Shown: positions 17,982-28,452, numbered from the stretch's first letter. The stretch: 64,000 bases of DNA from an uncultured Methanosarcinales archaeon (GCA_964343575.1 CAYFJV010000002.1:195585-259584); one strand, 5' to 3'. The notes: generated by a model not told the origin, from the sequence alone. A program made the numbers and translations.

Positions 17982-19679
17982 ATGGTATATGTATACGCAA
18001 AACAATCGGAACTGAACAAGTACATTGGTAAGAAGCTTTCTGTAGACCAAATCTCTGACGCGCTCATGGATATGGGAATGGATTTGAAAGGGATTAGCTC
18101 TGATAAAGATCCTGAACTAAAAATTGAAATCACTTCTGAAAAACTTGATATGGTCTCTTTAGTTGGCATTGCTCGGGCAATTCGACATTATCTTGGCATT
18201 GCAAAGAAATTGCCTGAGTACAAAATTGCTAAGGCTAAGCATAAGGTTATTGTTAAAAAATCAGTGAGTAAGGTTAGGCCAAAAACCGTTGCTGCTCTTG
18301 TGACTGGTTTTTCTTTGGATGAAGATAAACTCCAGGAGATTATTGATTTGCAGGAAAAGCTTCATGATTCTTTTGGGCGCCACAGAAAAAAAGCAGCAAT
18401 TGGAATTTATCCTTTACGAGAAGTACATTTTCCAGTAACTTATCTTGCTGAGAGGCCAGGAAAGATTGTTTTCAAACCTCTTGGTATGGGCTCTGAGCTT
18501 AATGGTAAAGAGATTTTAGAAGAGCATGAAAAAGGGAGAGCTTATGCCCATCTTCTGGATGGCTTTTCTACTTATCCTGTGTTTCGTGATGCAAGGGGCC
18601 ATGTTTTGAGTTTACCTCCAATTATTAACTCAGAAGAAACTGGGAAGGTTACTATTTCTGATAAGGATTTTTTTATTGAAATCAGTGGTCACAACTTGGC
18701 AGTTTTAGATAGTATGCTCAAGATGCTCGCCACAACTTTTATCGAGATGGGTGCTGGTGTTGAGGCAGTTAAGGTAGAGTATGAAGGTGCAGAGAATTAT
18801 GTGCTTGATTTGAAGAATAGAACTGCTACAATTGATGTCAACTTTGTGAACAAGTTGATTGGAATTGCTATTAGTGTTGCGCAGGCAAAGAAGTTGCTTG
18901 AGAAGATGATGTATACTGTGCGTTCTGTGAAGGGCAGCGTTATTACTGTTGAGATTCCTTGTTTTCGATCTGACGTTTGGCATGATGTTGATATTGCTGA
19001 TGATATTGCCAGGGCTTACGGTTACAATAACATTGCTCCTCGTTTTCCAAACATTTCTACTGTTGGTGGCCATTTGCCTTTTTCTTTACTTCGAGAGCGA
19101 GTTGCAGAAAGTTTGGTGAGCATGGGTTATTTAGAATTGTACACTTACCTTTTGAGTAGTACTCGTGACCAGTTTGAGTTGATGGGGCGTAAGGCTGATG
19201 GAGTCAAGGGCAAGTATGTTCGTTTAATTGATAGTGCTGATGAAGGAATCAATATGTGCCGAACTTTGATTTTGCCTGAGATTTTAAAGTCTCTTCACAT
19301 TAATCGGAAGAATAAATACCCGCAATCTGTGTTTGAGAACGGTTTTACTTTGCAAGTTGACGATTCAGTTGATACTGGGGCTAGAAACGAAGCCCATGTT
19401 GCAGTAGCTTTTGCTGATCCTAAATCAAATTATACCATCATTAAGGGCGTTCTTGATTCTTTTGCCCGATTGCATGAATTAAAGTTATCTTTTAAAGAGG
19501 GTTCAGCTAAGAAGTATCCTTATTTTATTGAAGGCCGGGTTGCTGAAGTTGTGCTCGGAAAACAGGTCGTGGGTGTAGTGGGTGAAATACATCCCTTTGT
19601 GCTGAGTAATTTTGGTTTGCTTGTTCCAGTTTCTGCTTTTGAGCTCAATTTGGAGAAGATTTGGGAGTTGTCGAAGTAA
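17982..19679 (+). CDS. pheT: Phenylalanine-tRNA ligase beta subunit
   Basis: LQEKLH..GRHRKK.AIG, LPPIINS, RSDVWHDVDIADDIA.AYGY and GEIHP motifs. Confidence 0.96.
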   Translation: MVYVYAKQSELNKYIGKKLSVDQISDALMDMGMDLKGISSDKDPELKIEITSEKLDMVSLVGIARAIRHYLGIAKKLPEYKIAKAKHKVIVKKSVSKVRPKTVAALVTGFSLDEDKLQEIIDLQEKLHDSFGRHRKKAAIGIYPLREVHFPVTYLAERPGKIVFKPLGMGSELNGKEILEEHEKGRAYAHLLDGFSTYPVFRDARGHVLSLPPIINSEETGKVTISDKDFFIEISGHNLAVLDSMLKMLATTFIEMGAGVEAVKVEYEGAENYVLDLKNRTATIDVNFVNKLIGIAISVAQAKKLLEKMMYTVRSVKGSVITVEIPCFRSDVWHDVDIADDIARAYGYNNIAPRFPNISTVGGHLPFSLLRERVAESLVSMGYLELYTYLLSSTRDQFELMGRKADGVKGKYVRLIDSADEGINMCRTLILPEILKSLHINRKNKYPQSVFENGFTLQVDDSVDTGARNEAHVAVAFADPKSNYTIIKGVLDSFARLHELKLSFKEGSAKKYPYFIEGRVAEVVLGKQVVGVVGEIHPFVLSNFGLLVPVSAFELNLEKIWELSK

Positions 19680-19681
19680 GA

Positions 19682-20104
19682 TTAGTTTATTCTTTCTAAT
19701 TCGTTATCAAGCACAACTGGTTGCATGGCAATGATCTCTTCATAATTTCCTTGCTCTTTTGGTAATGGGTTGAGCGTGAATATTTTCTTTCCAACTCCAA
19801 ATGCATAACCCATCTCTAAGAAAGTGTTTGCTCCAATATAGTTTGCTTTTCCTTTCTTTTTGTAATTAAGGACTATTATTGCATCTGCCTTATCAATTTT
19901 TGAAAAATGTAGCAGGATCCTTTCTCCCTTAATTCTAGCAAACTCTGCTTCGTTCTCTGTTCTTAACGTTTGCCAGTGACTTTTATCTTTCTCCTCTTTG
20001 GCAGATTCTGGCATGAAAACAGTGTGCCCTAAGGAAGTGAGCTGGTTTTGTACGCTTTTCATTTCAGAAACAAACTGAAGACTTCCACAAATAACTATTT
20101 TCAT
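19682..20104 (-). CDS. Hypothetical protein, nucleoside 2-deoxyribosyltransferase-like Rossmann fold
   Basis: KIVICGS ... KIDKADAIIVLN ... YIGANTFLEMGYAF..GKKIF pattern resembles the NDT/DNPH1-like family. Confidence 0.6.
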   Translation of the reverse strand: MKIVICGSLQFVSEMKSVQNQLTSLGHTVFMPESAKEEKDKSHWQTLRTENEAEFARIKGERILLHFSKIDKADAIIVLNYKKKGKANYIGANTFLEMGYAFGVGKKIFTLNPLPKEQGNYEEIIAMQPVVLDNELERIN

Positions 20105-20206
20105 GGCTTCTTTCTTGGAGTTTGTGTTTATAATTATTTCTTATCAAGAAGGGTTGTTTGAAAAAAGTTAAGAAATAGAATAAAAAAGAGAAAATTTGAG
20201 CTTTTT

Positions 20207-21010
20207 CTACTTAAGCGTATTCCATACATGAGCAAACATGCCGTCAACGCCTTGTGCAAAATAAGGGGTTTTTACCCAAATGCCCAAGTCGTAAGAAGGG
20301 TGTACTTCCTTGTCATCGAGCATCATAAAAACCAAGTTCTCTCCGTCTACATTCATAAACCGAGAGTTTACCTTCTTATTATGTCGAACTTCAGCAACGG
20401 TTTTGAGACTGTCAGCAACATGTTTGTTCTCCTTGGTAAGCGGAGCTGCAATTTTGATCTTTACACCACGCTTTTTTGCTCGCTCAAGACTTGGTCGCAA
20501 ACCGTCAGCTTTTCTTAGAAAGCCCTTCTCAGTAGTCATAATATTGATACTCTTTTTTGCTCCTTTAATCATGAAGTCTAAATGGTTGTAGAGATTGTGT
20601 CTTCCTTTAAGAGAACCACTCATATCAGATGGATCAACCATTGCAACCCCGTTAGCATGTAAAGATTCTAACTCTGCAAGAAGAGGAGACTTTTTGATGG
20701 AATCTAGTCGTTGAATTTTAGTTTGCGCTACATTGTGCATATTCTTTTTTACACGATCAACCACTTCGGCAGGAGGAATTGCAATGTATTTGATTGGCTT
20801 TCCAGTTTTCATTACCACAAAACCTTTTTTCTCAAGACTTTCTAAAACGTCATAACTTCTACTTCGTGGTACATTGGCAATGTCAGAGAGCTCTCCAGCA
20901 GTAGAAACACCCCGGCTTAATAATGCAGCCCAGAGCTTGACCTCATACAAGTTAAGATCAAAGAATCTTCTTAAATCTGCTAGTAAATCTTCTTTAACAA
21001 TCATTTTCAA
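20207..21010 (-). CDS. TrmB-family regulator / chromatin protein (TrmBL2-like, HTH plus PLD-like domain)
   Basis: LNLYEVK...ELSDIANVPRSRSYDVLESLEKKGFV..GKPIKY; TTG start with a G-rich SD. Confidence 0.93.
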   Translation of the reverse strand: MKMIVKEDLLADLRRFFDLNLYEVKLWAALLSRGVSTAGELSDIANVPRSRSYDVLESLEKKGFVVMKTGKPIKYIAIPPAEVVDRVKKNMHNVAQTKIQRLDSIKKSPLLAELESLHANGVAMVDPSDMSGSLKGRHNLYNHLDFMIKGAKKSINIMTTEKGFLRKADGLRPSLERAKKRGVKIKIAAPLTKENKHVADSLKTVAEVRHNKKVNSRFMNVDGENLVFMMLDDKEVHPSYDLGIWVKTPYFAQGVDGMFAHVWNTLK

Positions 21011-21061
21011 AACCCCCCTTTTTGCGATGAATTAGTACAACAACACCTATCCTTAATTTTT

Positions 21062-21126
21062 ACTACTTATCGTAGTGTAACAAACATTTGCTACTGAGTT
21101 ATCAGTAAAAAAAACTACTATTAAAA
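21062..21126 (-). promoter_or_regulatory. TrmB gene promoter with two palindromic candidate operators
   Basis: Minus-strand TATA ttttaata (21119-21126); tactga-gtta-tcagta (21092-21107); actac-ttatc-gtagt (21062-21076). Confidence 0.4.
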
Positions 21127-21217
21127 GGTTGTGGTTTTCCAAAGGAGAGTTTCTACGACGAGAAGATGGTTGTTGTATGTTCTTTGAAGGCTCTTTTTTA
21201 CAAGTGGTTGAGCGTGA

Positions 21218-21556
21218 TCAGAGAAGCTTAAATTTGACCACTTTGAGAATTGTGTCTTTTGTGATTTTGATGTTATAGTACTTGAGATAAGTATCATACA
21301 TCTCTTCGAGACTTTGAAATTTTTCGTGTCCTTCCCTGTCTTCTTCAGATAGATTTCCAAAAGTTGTTTCTTTTACCCATAGAACCTTTGCTTTTCCAAA
21401 CTCTTTTAGGGTTTCTGCATGGATAAGTGCTAGAATATCTTGACAACTCAAACTCTTGTCATCATTGATTCTCCAAGTGATTGTTTTGCTTTTGTTAAGC
21501 ACAAGTGGGACAAGGTGGGCAGCAAATTTCAGTTTTTTCATTTCTTTTTCTTCCAT
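21218..21556 (-). CDS. ASCH domain protein
   Basis: LKFAAHLVPLVLNKSKTITWR (G.K..T.R-like) and EDREGHE.F..LEEM motifs. Confidence 0.8.
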   Translation of the reverse strand: MEEKEMKKLKFAAHLVPLVLNKSKTITWRINDDKSLSCQDILALIHAETLKEFGKAKVLWVKETTFGNLSEEDREGHEKFQSLEEMYDTYLKYYNIKITKDTILKVVKFKLL

Positions 21557-21579
21557 TTTTTTAGAAATTAGAGATGATC

Positions 21580-22629
21580 TTATAGTTTATACCTTGTAAT
21601 TGCTGCAATGCCACCCAAACCATCAAGCTTCTTACCGGCGTCGTGCTCACTAGAAATAATGTGTATATCTCCTTTAAGAGTATCAACCAACTTTAGTGCT
21701 TCATCTACTTGATCGTAGGATTGTTTTTCTCTTGCATCCTTAATGAACTTGTCTGAAAGAAGCAATTTTGCAACTGCTCCTGCTTGAATAGCATTTTTTA
21801 CTTCTTCCTTTCCATAGCTGCAAAGGCCATCCTTACCAATCTCAGCCAGAAGTTCTTCCACAACTAAGATTTCTTCACGATTCCTACTTTGTTTAAGTAC
21901 TTCCTTGAGTTCTGGTCTTCTCATGACTTCTTCAAGCGCATTTTGGCTGATTGAGGAACAAACGGCAAGCGTAGTTTTTTTCTTAATATCATCGTCTTTG
22001 ATCTTTTTGTAAAGTTGATCCTTGTAAAAGGCAGGAGATGCTATAATGATTTGTTCTGGTTCGTGGCGCAGGGCATAAGTTTCGATGCCTTTGGCGAGAT
22101 CCGTATAGAAATTCCCTCCTTTACTATTTTCGTCTCCTTTCTTTGGAAGGTCACTTTTGGTTTTAGCAAGAATTTCAAAACCAAATTTTTTGGAAAGGGC
22201 GAAAAGAGCTTCTTCTCTATCGAGAAGACAGATAAGGTAAGCATAAGACTTTTCGCTTGCTTCTTTGAGCTTTTCTTTTTGATATTTGAGCCAAGTTGGT
22301 TTTTGGATGCTGCATTCGTTCCCTTCTTCAAGAGAAATATTTTGATAACTGCCTTTTGGAAAATCTTCTGGTCCCTCAAGGATTTTTCCATTAATTCTCA
22401 GTTGATTCTTTTCAGGAACGTATTCTATCTTTTCTGCTTCAATGCTCAAGGTTACTTTTTTCTTCACCACTTTAGCATTTTCGCTATCACCAATCTTGAT
22501 TTTTCTGGTGGTGCTCCCTTTAATGATGTCTCCTGGGTCAATGAGATGACTCAGATACCAAAGATCATCGGCGTGTTCTACTTGTATTCTTGCAAACCCC
22601 TTTTTGAAATCAGTCTTGATAATTTGCAT
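21580..22629 (-). CDS. pelA: mRNA surveillance protein pelota (aDom34)
   Basis: DDLWYLSHLIDPGD, LRINGKI, IIIASPAF and SSEHDAGKKLDGLGGIAAITRY motifs. Confidence 0.96.
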   Translation of the reverse strand: MQIIKTDFKKGFARIQVEHADDLWYLSHLIDPGDIIKGSTTRKIKIGDSENAKVVKKKVTLSIEAEKIEYVPEKNQLRINGKILEGPEDFPKGSYQNISLEEGNECSIQKPTWLKYQKEKLKEASEKSYAYLICLLDREEALFALSKKFGFEILAKTKSDLPKKGDENSKGGNFYTDLAKGIETYALRHEPEQIIIASPAFYKDQLYKKIKDDDIKKKTTLAVCSSISQNALEEVMRRPELKEVLKQSRNREEILVVEELLAEIGKDGLCSYGKEEVKNAIQAGAVAKLLLSDKFIKDAREKQSYDQVDEALKLVDTLKGDIHIISSEHDAGKKLDGLGGIAAITRYKL

Positions 22630-22767
22630 GGGAAGAAGTAGGGCTGGCTTTGGTTAAAAAGATTCTTGTTTTTGTCTTTTTGTTTTCCTTTTTGTATTGT
22701 CTGTTAAAAAGCAATATTTAAATAGTGGGTTGCCCTTTTCTTCTGCTGAAAAAGAGGAGTGTCTTGT

Positions 22768-23985
22768 ATGGTTAAGGTGTTCAAAAGGTTATTTCGTTCT
22801 AAAAAGGCGCAGGCGGGAGCTGCTGCTGTGCTTTTAGCAATCATTGCTATGTCTTTGGTGATGTTTGTTGTTCTTTTGAACCCGGATGATCGTGACGCAT
22901 TGCTTGGAGAGTATTCTGAACTTGAGAGTAGTTTGGAGCGGGCTGATGAGGATGATGGTGTGCTCAAGGAGCTTTTGTTAGAAGAGTTTCCAGGTAGGAT
23001 TGATTACCTTCAATATGATGAGATAGAACACAGTTTGCCCTCGGTTTTCATTTACACGGAAGAGTCCAGTGAGATTCTTTATGAAAAGAGCGTGATCACT
23101 GTAAAAAATGGTCTTTTTTCTGAGGAAACCAGCACTTTTGATTTTCGTATAGAAAGCGTTTCTTTGACTGAAGATTTACTTTTAAGCTTTGCAGTTGAGG
23201 AACTTAGTGGCACGCTTTTGATTAGTTTTAATGGAGAGAACATTTACTCTGGGTCCCCCGAGGATGGGGCGACACCTATTATTACTATCCCAAACTCACT
23301 TTTGCTTTCTAACAATGAAGTGGAGTTCTCAGTAAGTTCTCCAGGTATCTCTTTTTGGAGAACTCATTATGCTACTCTTGCTAACATAAAGGTGGTTGCT
23401 GATGTTACTGATACCAGTTTCCAAGAGGCGACGAGTACCTTTTTGCTCTCAGATACTGAGTATGCTAACCTTGAGAATCTGGAGCTTCGTTTCCAACCGG
23501 AATGTGATTTTGCGAGCGTTGGACGATTGCATGTTTCTGTTAATGGAAGAGAAGTCTATGCTGGGGTTCCGGATTGTGGTTTAGAGTTTGTTCCTATTGA
23601 GTTTTCTAAGGAACTGACTTATGAGGGAGAAAACACTGTTCATTTCTCTACAGAGTCTGGGCAGTATAGCTTATTGCATGTTCGTGTGATCTCCGAGCTT
23701 GAGGATATTGTTTATCCTACTTATTACTTCGACCTTACTCTAGAAGAGTTCGAGAATGTTGAAGAATTTGATGATCTAGTGAAGGTGGTTATTGAGTTTA
23801 CCAATGATGATGAGCTCAAGACTGGTTATATCAATATCAATGGAGATAAAGAGCATTTTGATACTCGAGAACTTTCTGAGACCATTGATATTAGTGGAGA
23901 GGTGGTTGCGGGTAATAATGCTTTAGAACTTGTGCCGACTCGGACCATTGAAGTTCGTGAACTCTTGGTTGAGCTTCGTGATTAG
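22768..23985 (+). CDS. Acidic surface protein with class III (type IV pilin-like) signal peptide
   Basis: RSKKAQ followed by hydrophobic AGAAAVLLAIIAMSLVMFVVLL; beta-rich, very acidic ectodomain with repeated .NG...Y.G..GENTV modules. Confidence 0.7.
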   Translation: MVKVFKRLFRSKKAQAGAAAVLLAIIAMSLVMFVVLLNPDDRDALLGEYSELESSLERADEDDGVLKELLLEEFPGRIDYLQYDEIEHSLPSVFIYTEESSEILYEKSVITVKNGLFSEETSTFDFRIESVSLTEDLLLSFAVEELSGTLLISFNGENIYSGSPEDGATPIITIPNSLLLSNNEVEFSVSSPGISFWRTHYATLANIKVVADVTDTSFQEATSTFLLSDTEYANLENLELRFQPECDFASVGRLHVSVNGREVYAGVPDCGLEFVPIEFSKELTYEGENTVHFSTESGQYSLLHVRVISELEDIVYPTYYFDLTLEEFENVEEFDDLVKVVIEFTNDDELKTGYININGDKEHFDTRELSETIDISGEVVAGNNALELVPTRTIEVRELLVELRD

Positions 23986-24222
23986 TTTTTTGTGTTTTCT
24001 TTATCTTCTTTGAGTTTTGTCTGCAGCAAGCTTTTTATAGGCAAATGTATTTATTCTTTTATTAAAAATTTCGTCTAGATAGTGAAATTTTTAATCCCAA
24101 AAACTCGTGAGAGCGAGTTTTTGATATAAACATTGTAGTGCTTAGGTAATTAAAATTACTCTGTGCTAGTTTGTTTTGTTTGCTCTTTTGTTAAAGTGCA
24201 AGAATAAAGAGGATAAAAAGAG

Positions 24223-26244
24223 ATGACAGCTGCAGCGGCAAGTGCCGGTTCGGGAATTGGTTCTAAGATAAGTGGCGCTTTTGCTAACTGGGGAAAATCA
24301 TCTGGGTCAAACCTGGCAACTGGGGCTGCAGCAACAGCGGTTGCAGGACCAACCGCTGGAGCAGTAGCTGGTCCCGTTGGAACAGGAGCTCTTTTTGCTG
24401 GGGGCGCTGCAGTTGCAAATGATGCAGCAGTTGCAATGCGAGATTATTGGACTTGGGTAATGCTTGGAGGTTTTCTCCTAGCGTTTATGAAGGTCATTTT
24501 TCGTGATCCTTCCCTTGCACCCTTGTACACTATGTTTTCTCTTGTCCTTTTGGTGCTTTGTTTTGTTTCTTTATCTGAGAAAAAAGATGCAGTCACAACA
24601 ATCTTTCTGGGAATACTCTCTTTAGTGCTTGTTTCTCTTTTTGATTTTGGAATTGGCCTTATTGCTCTCTTGTTTGTTCTTTCCCTGTTTGGTTATGACC
24701 TCTCTCGTCATTTCAACGCTTTGGCTGGTGAAGCAAAGGGACTTTGGCTTTTGTTTACTTTTTTTCTTTCAATCTTTGGTTTGGCAAACGTTCTTGGCTT
24801 TTTTGGTTTGCCTCTTAATAACCAAATGATTATTGAAGCTTCTTTGTTCATGCCATGGTTTTTAGCTTACGGTGCTTGGAACTCTAGAAACCCTTCTGTC
24901 TTTGTAGGTATTGCTCGAATTTTGACTTTGCTTTGGGTTTTGTTCTTGTTTGTTGGAGTAGTTGATGTTTACGTTGAGGCTATTCCTTTCTTGGATAACC
25001 TTGGAAGTATAGAGGACTTACAAGAAGGTGTTAGGGCAGATCTGGAGTTTCGAGAACAACATGATGGGAAGGCACCAGGTGCACTTTTTGCAGCCCAGTG
25101 TTTCTATGATTCTTTCACGCAGATAGGGCAGGAAGACCCCTTGACTTATGATGAATGTATAGATGAGAGAGAATTTGAGTGGGAGATTGCCAATACTTGT
25201 GAAGCTGATTTAGGTTATGTCGAAGAAGTTGATCCAGATGGTTATGCCACTTGTTTGGATGAGCAGCGCAGTTTGCAAGGGAATCAAGAAGCTTTTGCAG
25301 TTGGTGGGGTAGATGATGAGATAACTGCTGTTACTGATTTGCAAATCATTCCGGATATTACTGATGCACAAAATAAGGTTTTCCAACAAGTGGGGGTGCC
25401 AGCATTCTTTGTAGTTGATTTAGTTTACGAGAACCCTTCTTGGAAGGAGAGTGAAGTTTTCGCAGAAATTTCTTGTTCTTTTGTTCCTTCGTATGGGAGG
25501 GGAGAGGTAATTGAAGGAGTGGTAAGTGGTGCTAGTTCTTTTGCTTTACACAAGGAAATGGACGACGATTTAGAGGTTGTTTGTAGCACACCAGATGGTG
25601 TTAACCTTGACGGTACTTATACTATGGAAGTTACAGCCTTGCTTTCTGGTTTAGAGACAAGCTCAAGGCTTGATCTTTTGTATGTTGACGAGTATGTCAA
25701 AGGGGATTCTTTGATCGAAGATGCGATTGCTGATAATCTCCCTCGTCAGCAAGGAGTATCTCTGGCAGCAAACGAATACGTTCGCTTGAATCTTAACGTT
25801 GATGAAGCGGTTGTTGAAGTAGGAGATATTGGGGAGGAAAGTTCTAACTTGGTTGTTTTAAGAACTTCCATAGAAAACGTGGGTCCTGGAACAATTACTG
25901 GGGTCCATGAGTACGATGTAAATACCGGAAGTGATCTTGCTTTTGTTGAAGGCTCAAGCGCCTGCCTCTCTAGTGCAGGAAGCGAACTTTATTTTCCCGA
26001 AGTTATGCGCCCAGGACAGGTCTTCCCAATGGGCGTTTGCTTTTTGGAAGCAGATGCCATTGTTGAGGATGCTTTAGCTTTGCCTTATGTTCCTCGATCT
26101 TACGATGCGCATATTGCTTATACTTATGAGTTGACTGAAAGTCTTCCTGGACTTGAGTTTGTTTTGCTTGGAGAGAGTCCTCTTGAAGAAATGGAAGATG
26201 AGATTGAAGAGGTGCCTGATGAAGGCGCTGCAGCGCAGGTGTAA
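24223..26244 (+). CDS. Multi-pass membrane protein with Gly/Ala-rich N-terminus and acidic Cys-containing ectodomain
   Basis: About 7 hydrophobic segments at aa ~75-255. The C-terminal domain shares IEN.G.G, Cys and Y.Y motifs with the downstream lipoproteins. Confidence 0.75.
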   Translation: MTAAAASAGSGIGSKISGAFANWGKSSGSNLATGAAATAVAGPTAGAVAGPVGTGALFAGGAAVANDAAVAMRDYWTWVMLGGFLLAFMKVIFRDPSLAPLYTMFSLVLLVLCFVSLSEKKDAVTTIFLGILSLVLVSLFDFGIGLIALLFVLSLFGYDLSRHFNALAGEAKGLWLLFTFFLSIFGLANVLGFFGLPLNNQMIIEASLFMPWFLAYGAWNSRNPSVFVGIARILTLLWVLFLFVGVVDVYVEAIPFLDNLGSIEDLQEGVRADLEFREQHDGKAPGALFAAQCFYDSFTQIGQEDPLTYDECIDEREFEWEIANTCEADLGYVEEVDPDGYATCLDEQRSLQGNQEAFAVGGVDDEITAVTDLQIIPDITDAQNKVFQQVGVPAFFVVDLVYENPSWKESEVFAEISCSFVPSYGRGEVIEGVVSGASSFALHKEMDDDLEVVCSTPDGVNLDGTYTMEVTALLSGLETSSRLDLLYVDEYVKGDSLIEDAIADNLPRQQGVSLAANEYVRLNLNVDEAVVEVGDIGEESSNLVVLRTSIENVGPGTITGVHEYDVNTGSDLAFVEGSSACLSSAGSELYFPEVMRPGQVFPMGVCFLEADAIVEDALALPYVPRSYDAHIAYTYELTESLPGLEFVLLGESPLEEMEDEIEEVPDEGAAAQV

Positions 26245-26249
26245 TTGAA

Positions 26250-27209
26250 ATGAGAGAGCTTAATCTTTTTAGTTTTGGGAAGGTACTTGTACTCTTATGT
26301 TTACTTGGCTTTTTGCTTAGTGCTTGTAGCTCGGGGGGTTCTGGAAGTGCAGAGGGAGTTTTTGAAACTGATTTTAAACAGGGTTATGATGGGATTATTA
26401 TTTCTTTAGTGGAAGGAAGCCCAAATGATGTTGTGACTGAGAATTCTGAATGGAAAATTGAGGCTGATATCCATAACGCTGGGGCTTATACTGCTAGAAA
26501 TTTGGTAGTTACTTTTGCAGGATTGTTAGAACAATATGCAGAGATTGATGCTCGAGAGAGGGTGCAAAACATTGTTTCTTTGGAAGGAAGGATGCTTGGA
26601 GCCGAAGATGCTGCGGGAGAGAAAGAGCGTGTAGAAGCAAGCATGGAAGTAAAAGAGCTGGATGCAGGAAGGCCTGAGAAGGATATGTCTTTTCATGTGG
26701 TTGTTGATTATGATTATAGTAATGAGTTTTTAGATACCTTCTGTGTGAACCCATCAACTCATGCCGTACATGATGGTGGTTGTAAAGTTCCAAGTGAGCC
26801 TTCTCGTTATGTTGGTGCGAAGGGAGGACAAGGATCTCCGCTTGCTGTTGTAGAAGTTGAAGAGATAATTAATGCTGGAGCTTCAACCCCTCTTGTAGAG
26901 TTTAAGGTTAGCATTGAAAATGAAGGAAAGGGAGTTGCAGGAGATATCCTTCTTTTAGAAGCTCGTTTAGGTCATGATGATCTTGACTGCGCTTTCAAAG
27001 GAGGTACCGCGAACACCTTTACTTTTGAAAAAACAGAGCAGGAGGTCTTGCTCATTTGTAGTAAGGTAATTGATGTTGCTTATTCTGTACCAAGTACTTT
27101 GTATATTAATTATGATTTCTCTTACCAAGAATTTGTTGCTGGAGAGTTTACCATTGAAGAAGGTATTGATAAGGAAGAACTTGAGCAAGCGGCACCAGGA
27201 ATTAGTTAA
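26250..27209 (+). CDS. Putative lipoprotein (paralog 1 of tandem family)
   Basis: Lipobox-like LLSAC; YDY..C..C..GGQGSP motif. Confidence 0.75.
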   Translation: MRELNLFSFGKVLVLLCLLGFLLSACSSGGSGSAEGVFETDFKQGYDGIIISLVEGSPNDVVTENSEWKIEADIHNAGAYTARNLVVTFAGLLEQYAEIDARERVQNIVSLEGRMLGAEDAAGEKERVEASMEVKELDAGRPEKDMSFHVVVDYDYSNEFLDTFCVNPSTHAVHDGGCKVPSEPSRYVGAKGGQGSPLAVVEVEEIINAGASTPLVEFKVSIENEGKGVAGDILLLEARLGHDDLDCAFKGGTANTFTFEKTEQEVLLICSKVIDVAYSVPSTLYINYDFSYQEFVAGEFTIEEGIDKEELEQAAPGIS

Positions 27210-27302
27210 TCTTGGTTATTGTTGGGGTTTGCTTAGTTTACTACACTTTTATTGTGCTGAGAAGTGCAAAGCTTTATATACGATTTTTCTTACTCTTTGC
27301 CT

Positions 27303-28241
27303 ATGAGGTGGAAGATAAGGTACCTATTTGTTGTGGCTGTGGTTCTCTTTAGTTTTTTGCTTAGTGCTTGTAGTGAGATCCCTCAAGGAGAAAGGCCTAC
27401 TGATACTGCCGCAGCGCTTAATCAAGTGCAGTCTGGAACTCAAGGGGTTCAAATACAATTTCTACAGAATTATCCTCCGCCAACGCTTTATGATATTGAT
27501 CAGTTTGTTGCACTTCTTGAAGTAAGTAACAAAGGGAATGATGATTTGCTTCCTCATGAATGTTTTATTCAGCTTAATGGTTTTGATCCAAACATTATTC
27601 GTGGCATTGATTATATCCAATCTTGTGGTGATGTTCCTGGGAAAAGTGTGTATAACTTGGATGGCGGATTCAACCAAATAGAATATGTGTCTAGTAATCT
27701 TGATCTTCCTTTGGGAACTTATGAGTATAACCCTACTATTAACGCAGTTCTTTGTTATGATTATCAAACCAAAACAAGCCCAAGTGTTTGTGTTGATCCC
27801 GTTTTCTACCAAATTAGCTCTGAACAAAAGGCGTGCATTCCTCAAGATGTGGGGATGGGCGGTGGACAAGGAGCTCCAGTGAGTGTTAGTTATGTTGGTG
27901 TGGATATGGTTGGGGATACTGCTATTTTTGAGATTAGTATTAGAAATTCTGCTGGCGGACGAGTCTTGAGTCCTTATTCTGATATTAGTGGTTGTGGAGC
28001 TGTTGCTCTTGATTATGATGATTTAGATAAGGTAAGTTATCTTGTTGAGATGACTGGTGGAAGTTTGATTGAGTGTAATCCTTCCAGTGGTATGGTGCGC
28101 TTGAACAACGAAGCAGGAAAAATTGTTTGTAAGTTTAAGATCAATAGTGCAAGCGCTTTTGAGACTCCACTGCAGATAACGCTTGATTATCATTACTTAG
28201 ATAGTATTCAGAAACAAGTAAAGATTATTGAGACGCCTTGA
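27303..28241 (+). CDS. Putative lipoprotein (paralog 2)
   Basis: MRWKIRY..LLSAC signal; YDY..C..C..GGQGAP motif; ATG 27303 follows the TATA tttatata. Confidence 0.78.
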   Translation: MRWKIRYLFVVAVVLFSFLLSACSEIPQGERPTDTAAALNQVQSGTQGVQIQFLQNYPPPTLYDIDQFVALLEVSNKGNDDLLPHECFIQLNGFDPNIIRGIDYIQSCGDVPGKSVYNLDGGFNQIEYVSSNLDLPLGTYEYNPTINAVLCYDYQTKTSPSVCVDPVFYQISSEQKACIPQDVGMGGGQGAPVSVSYVGVDMVGDTAIFEISIRNSAGGRVLSPYSDISGCGAVALDYDDLDKVSYLVEMTGGSLIECNPSSGMVRLNNEAGKIVCKFKINSASAFETPLQITLDYHYLDSIQKQVKIIETP

Positions 28242-28288
28242 TATGGTGTGTGAAGCTTTTAGTTACTTTTCCTTCTGGATAGTTCTTG

Positions 28289-28452
28289 TGACTCTATCAT
28301 AAGAGATAAAAGGCACGCGCCAAGCGACGCCTTAGGAACTCTTGTCCACCTTTAGATTTTCTCCTGGCGTCGAAAATGGTTCCCAAGAGCATTGCTTCTT
28401 TTTCCGGTTGTGGTCGCAAAGAGGCGCAGGTGCAATCTCTTATGATAGAGCA
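28289..28452. mobile_element. MITE-like non-coding element with terminal inverted repeats and 7-bp target-site duplication
   Basis: Perfect 16-bp IR ctctatcataagagat (28292-28307) / atctcttatgatagag (28435-28450); TG...CA ends; gttcttg flanks at 28282-28288 and 28453-28459; GC-rich internal stems. Confidence 0.6.

Noticed and set aside
22015..22641. 208-aa + strand ORF, and similar antisense ORFs such as 59488-60033 and 51205-51501
   Set aside because: Antisense to well-supported genes (pelota, scpA, gap); Phe-rich shadows with no motifs.
28310..28430. 5S rRNA or RNase P RNA inside the inverted-repeat element
   Set aside because: Only vague resemblance; it lacks the 5S CCGAAC loop and RNase P conserved regions, and TIRs plus a TSD fit an inserted element better.
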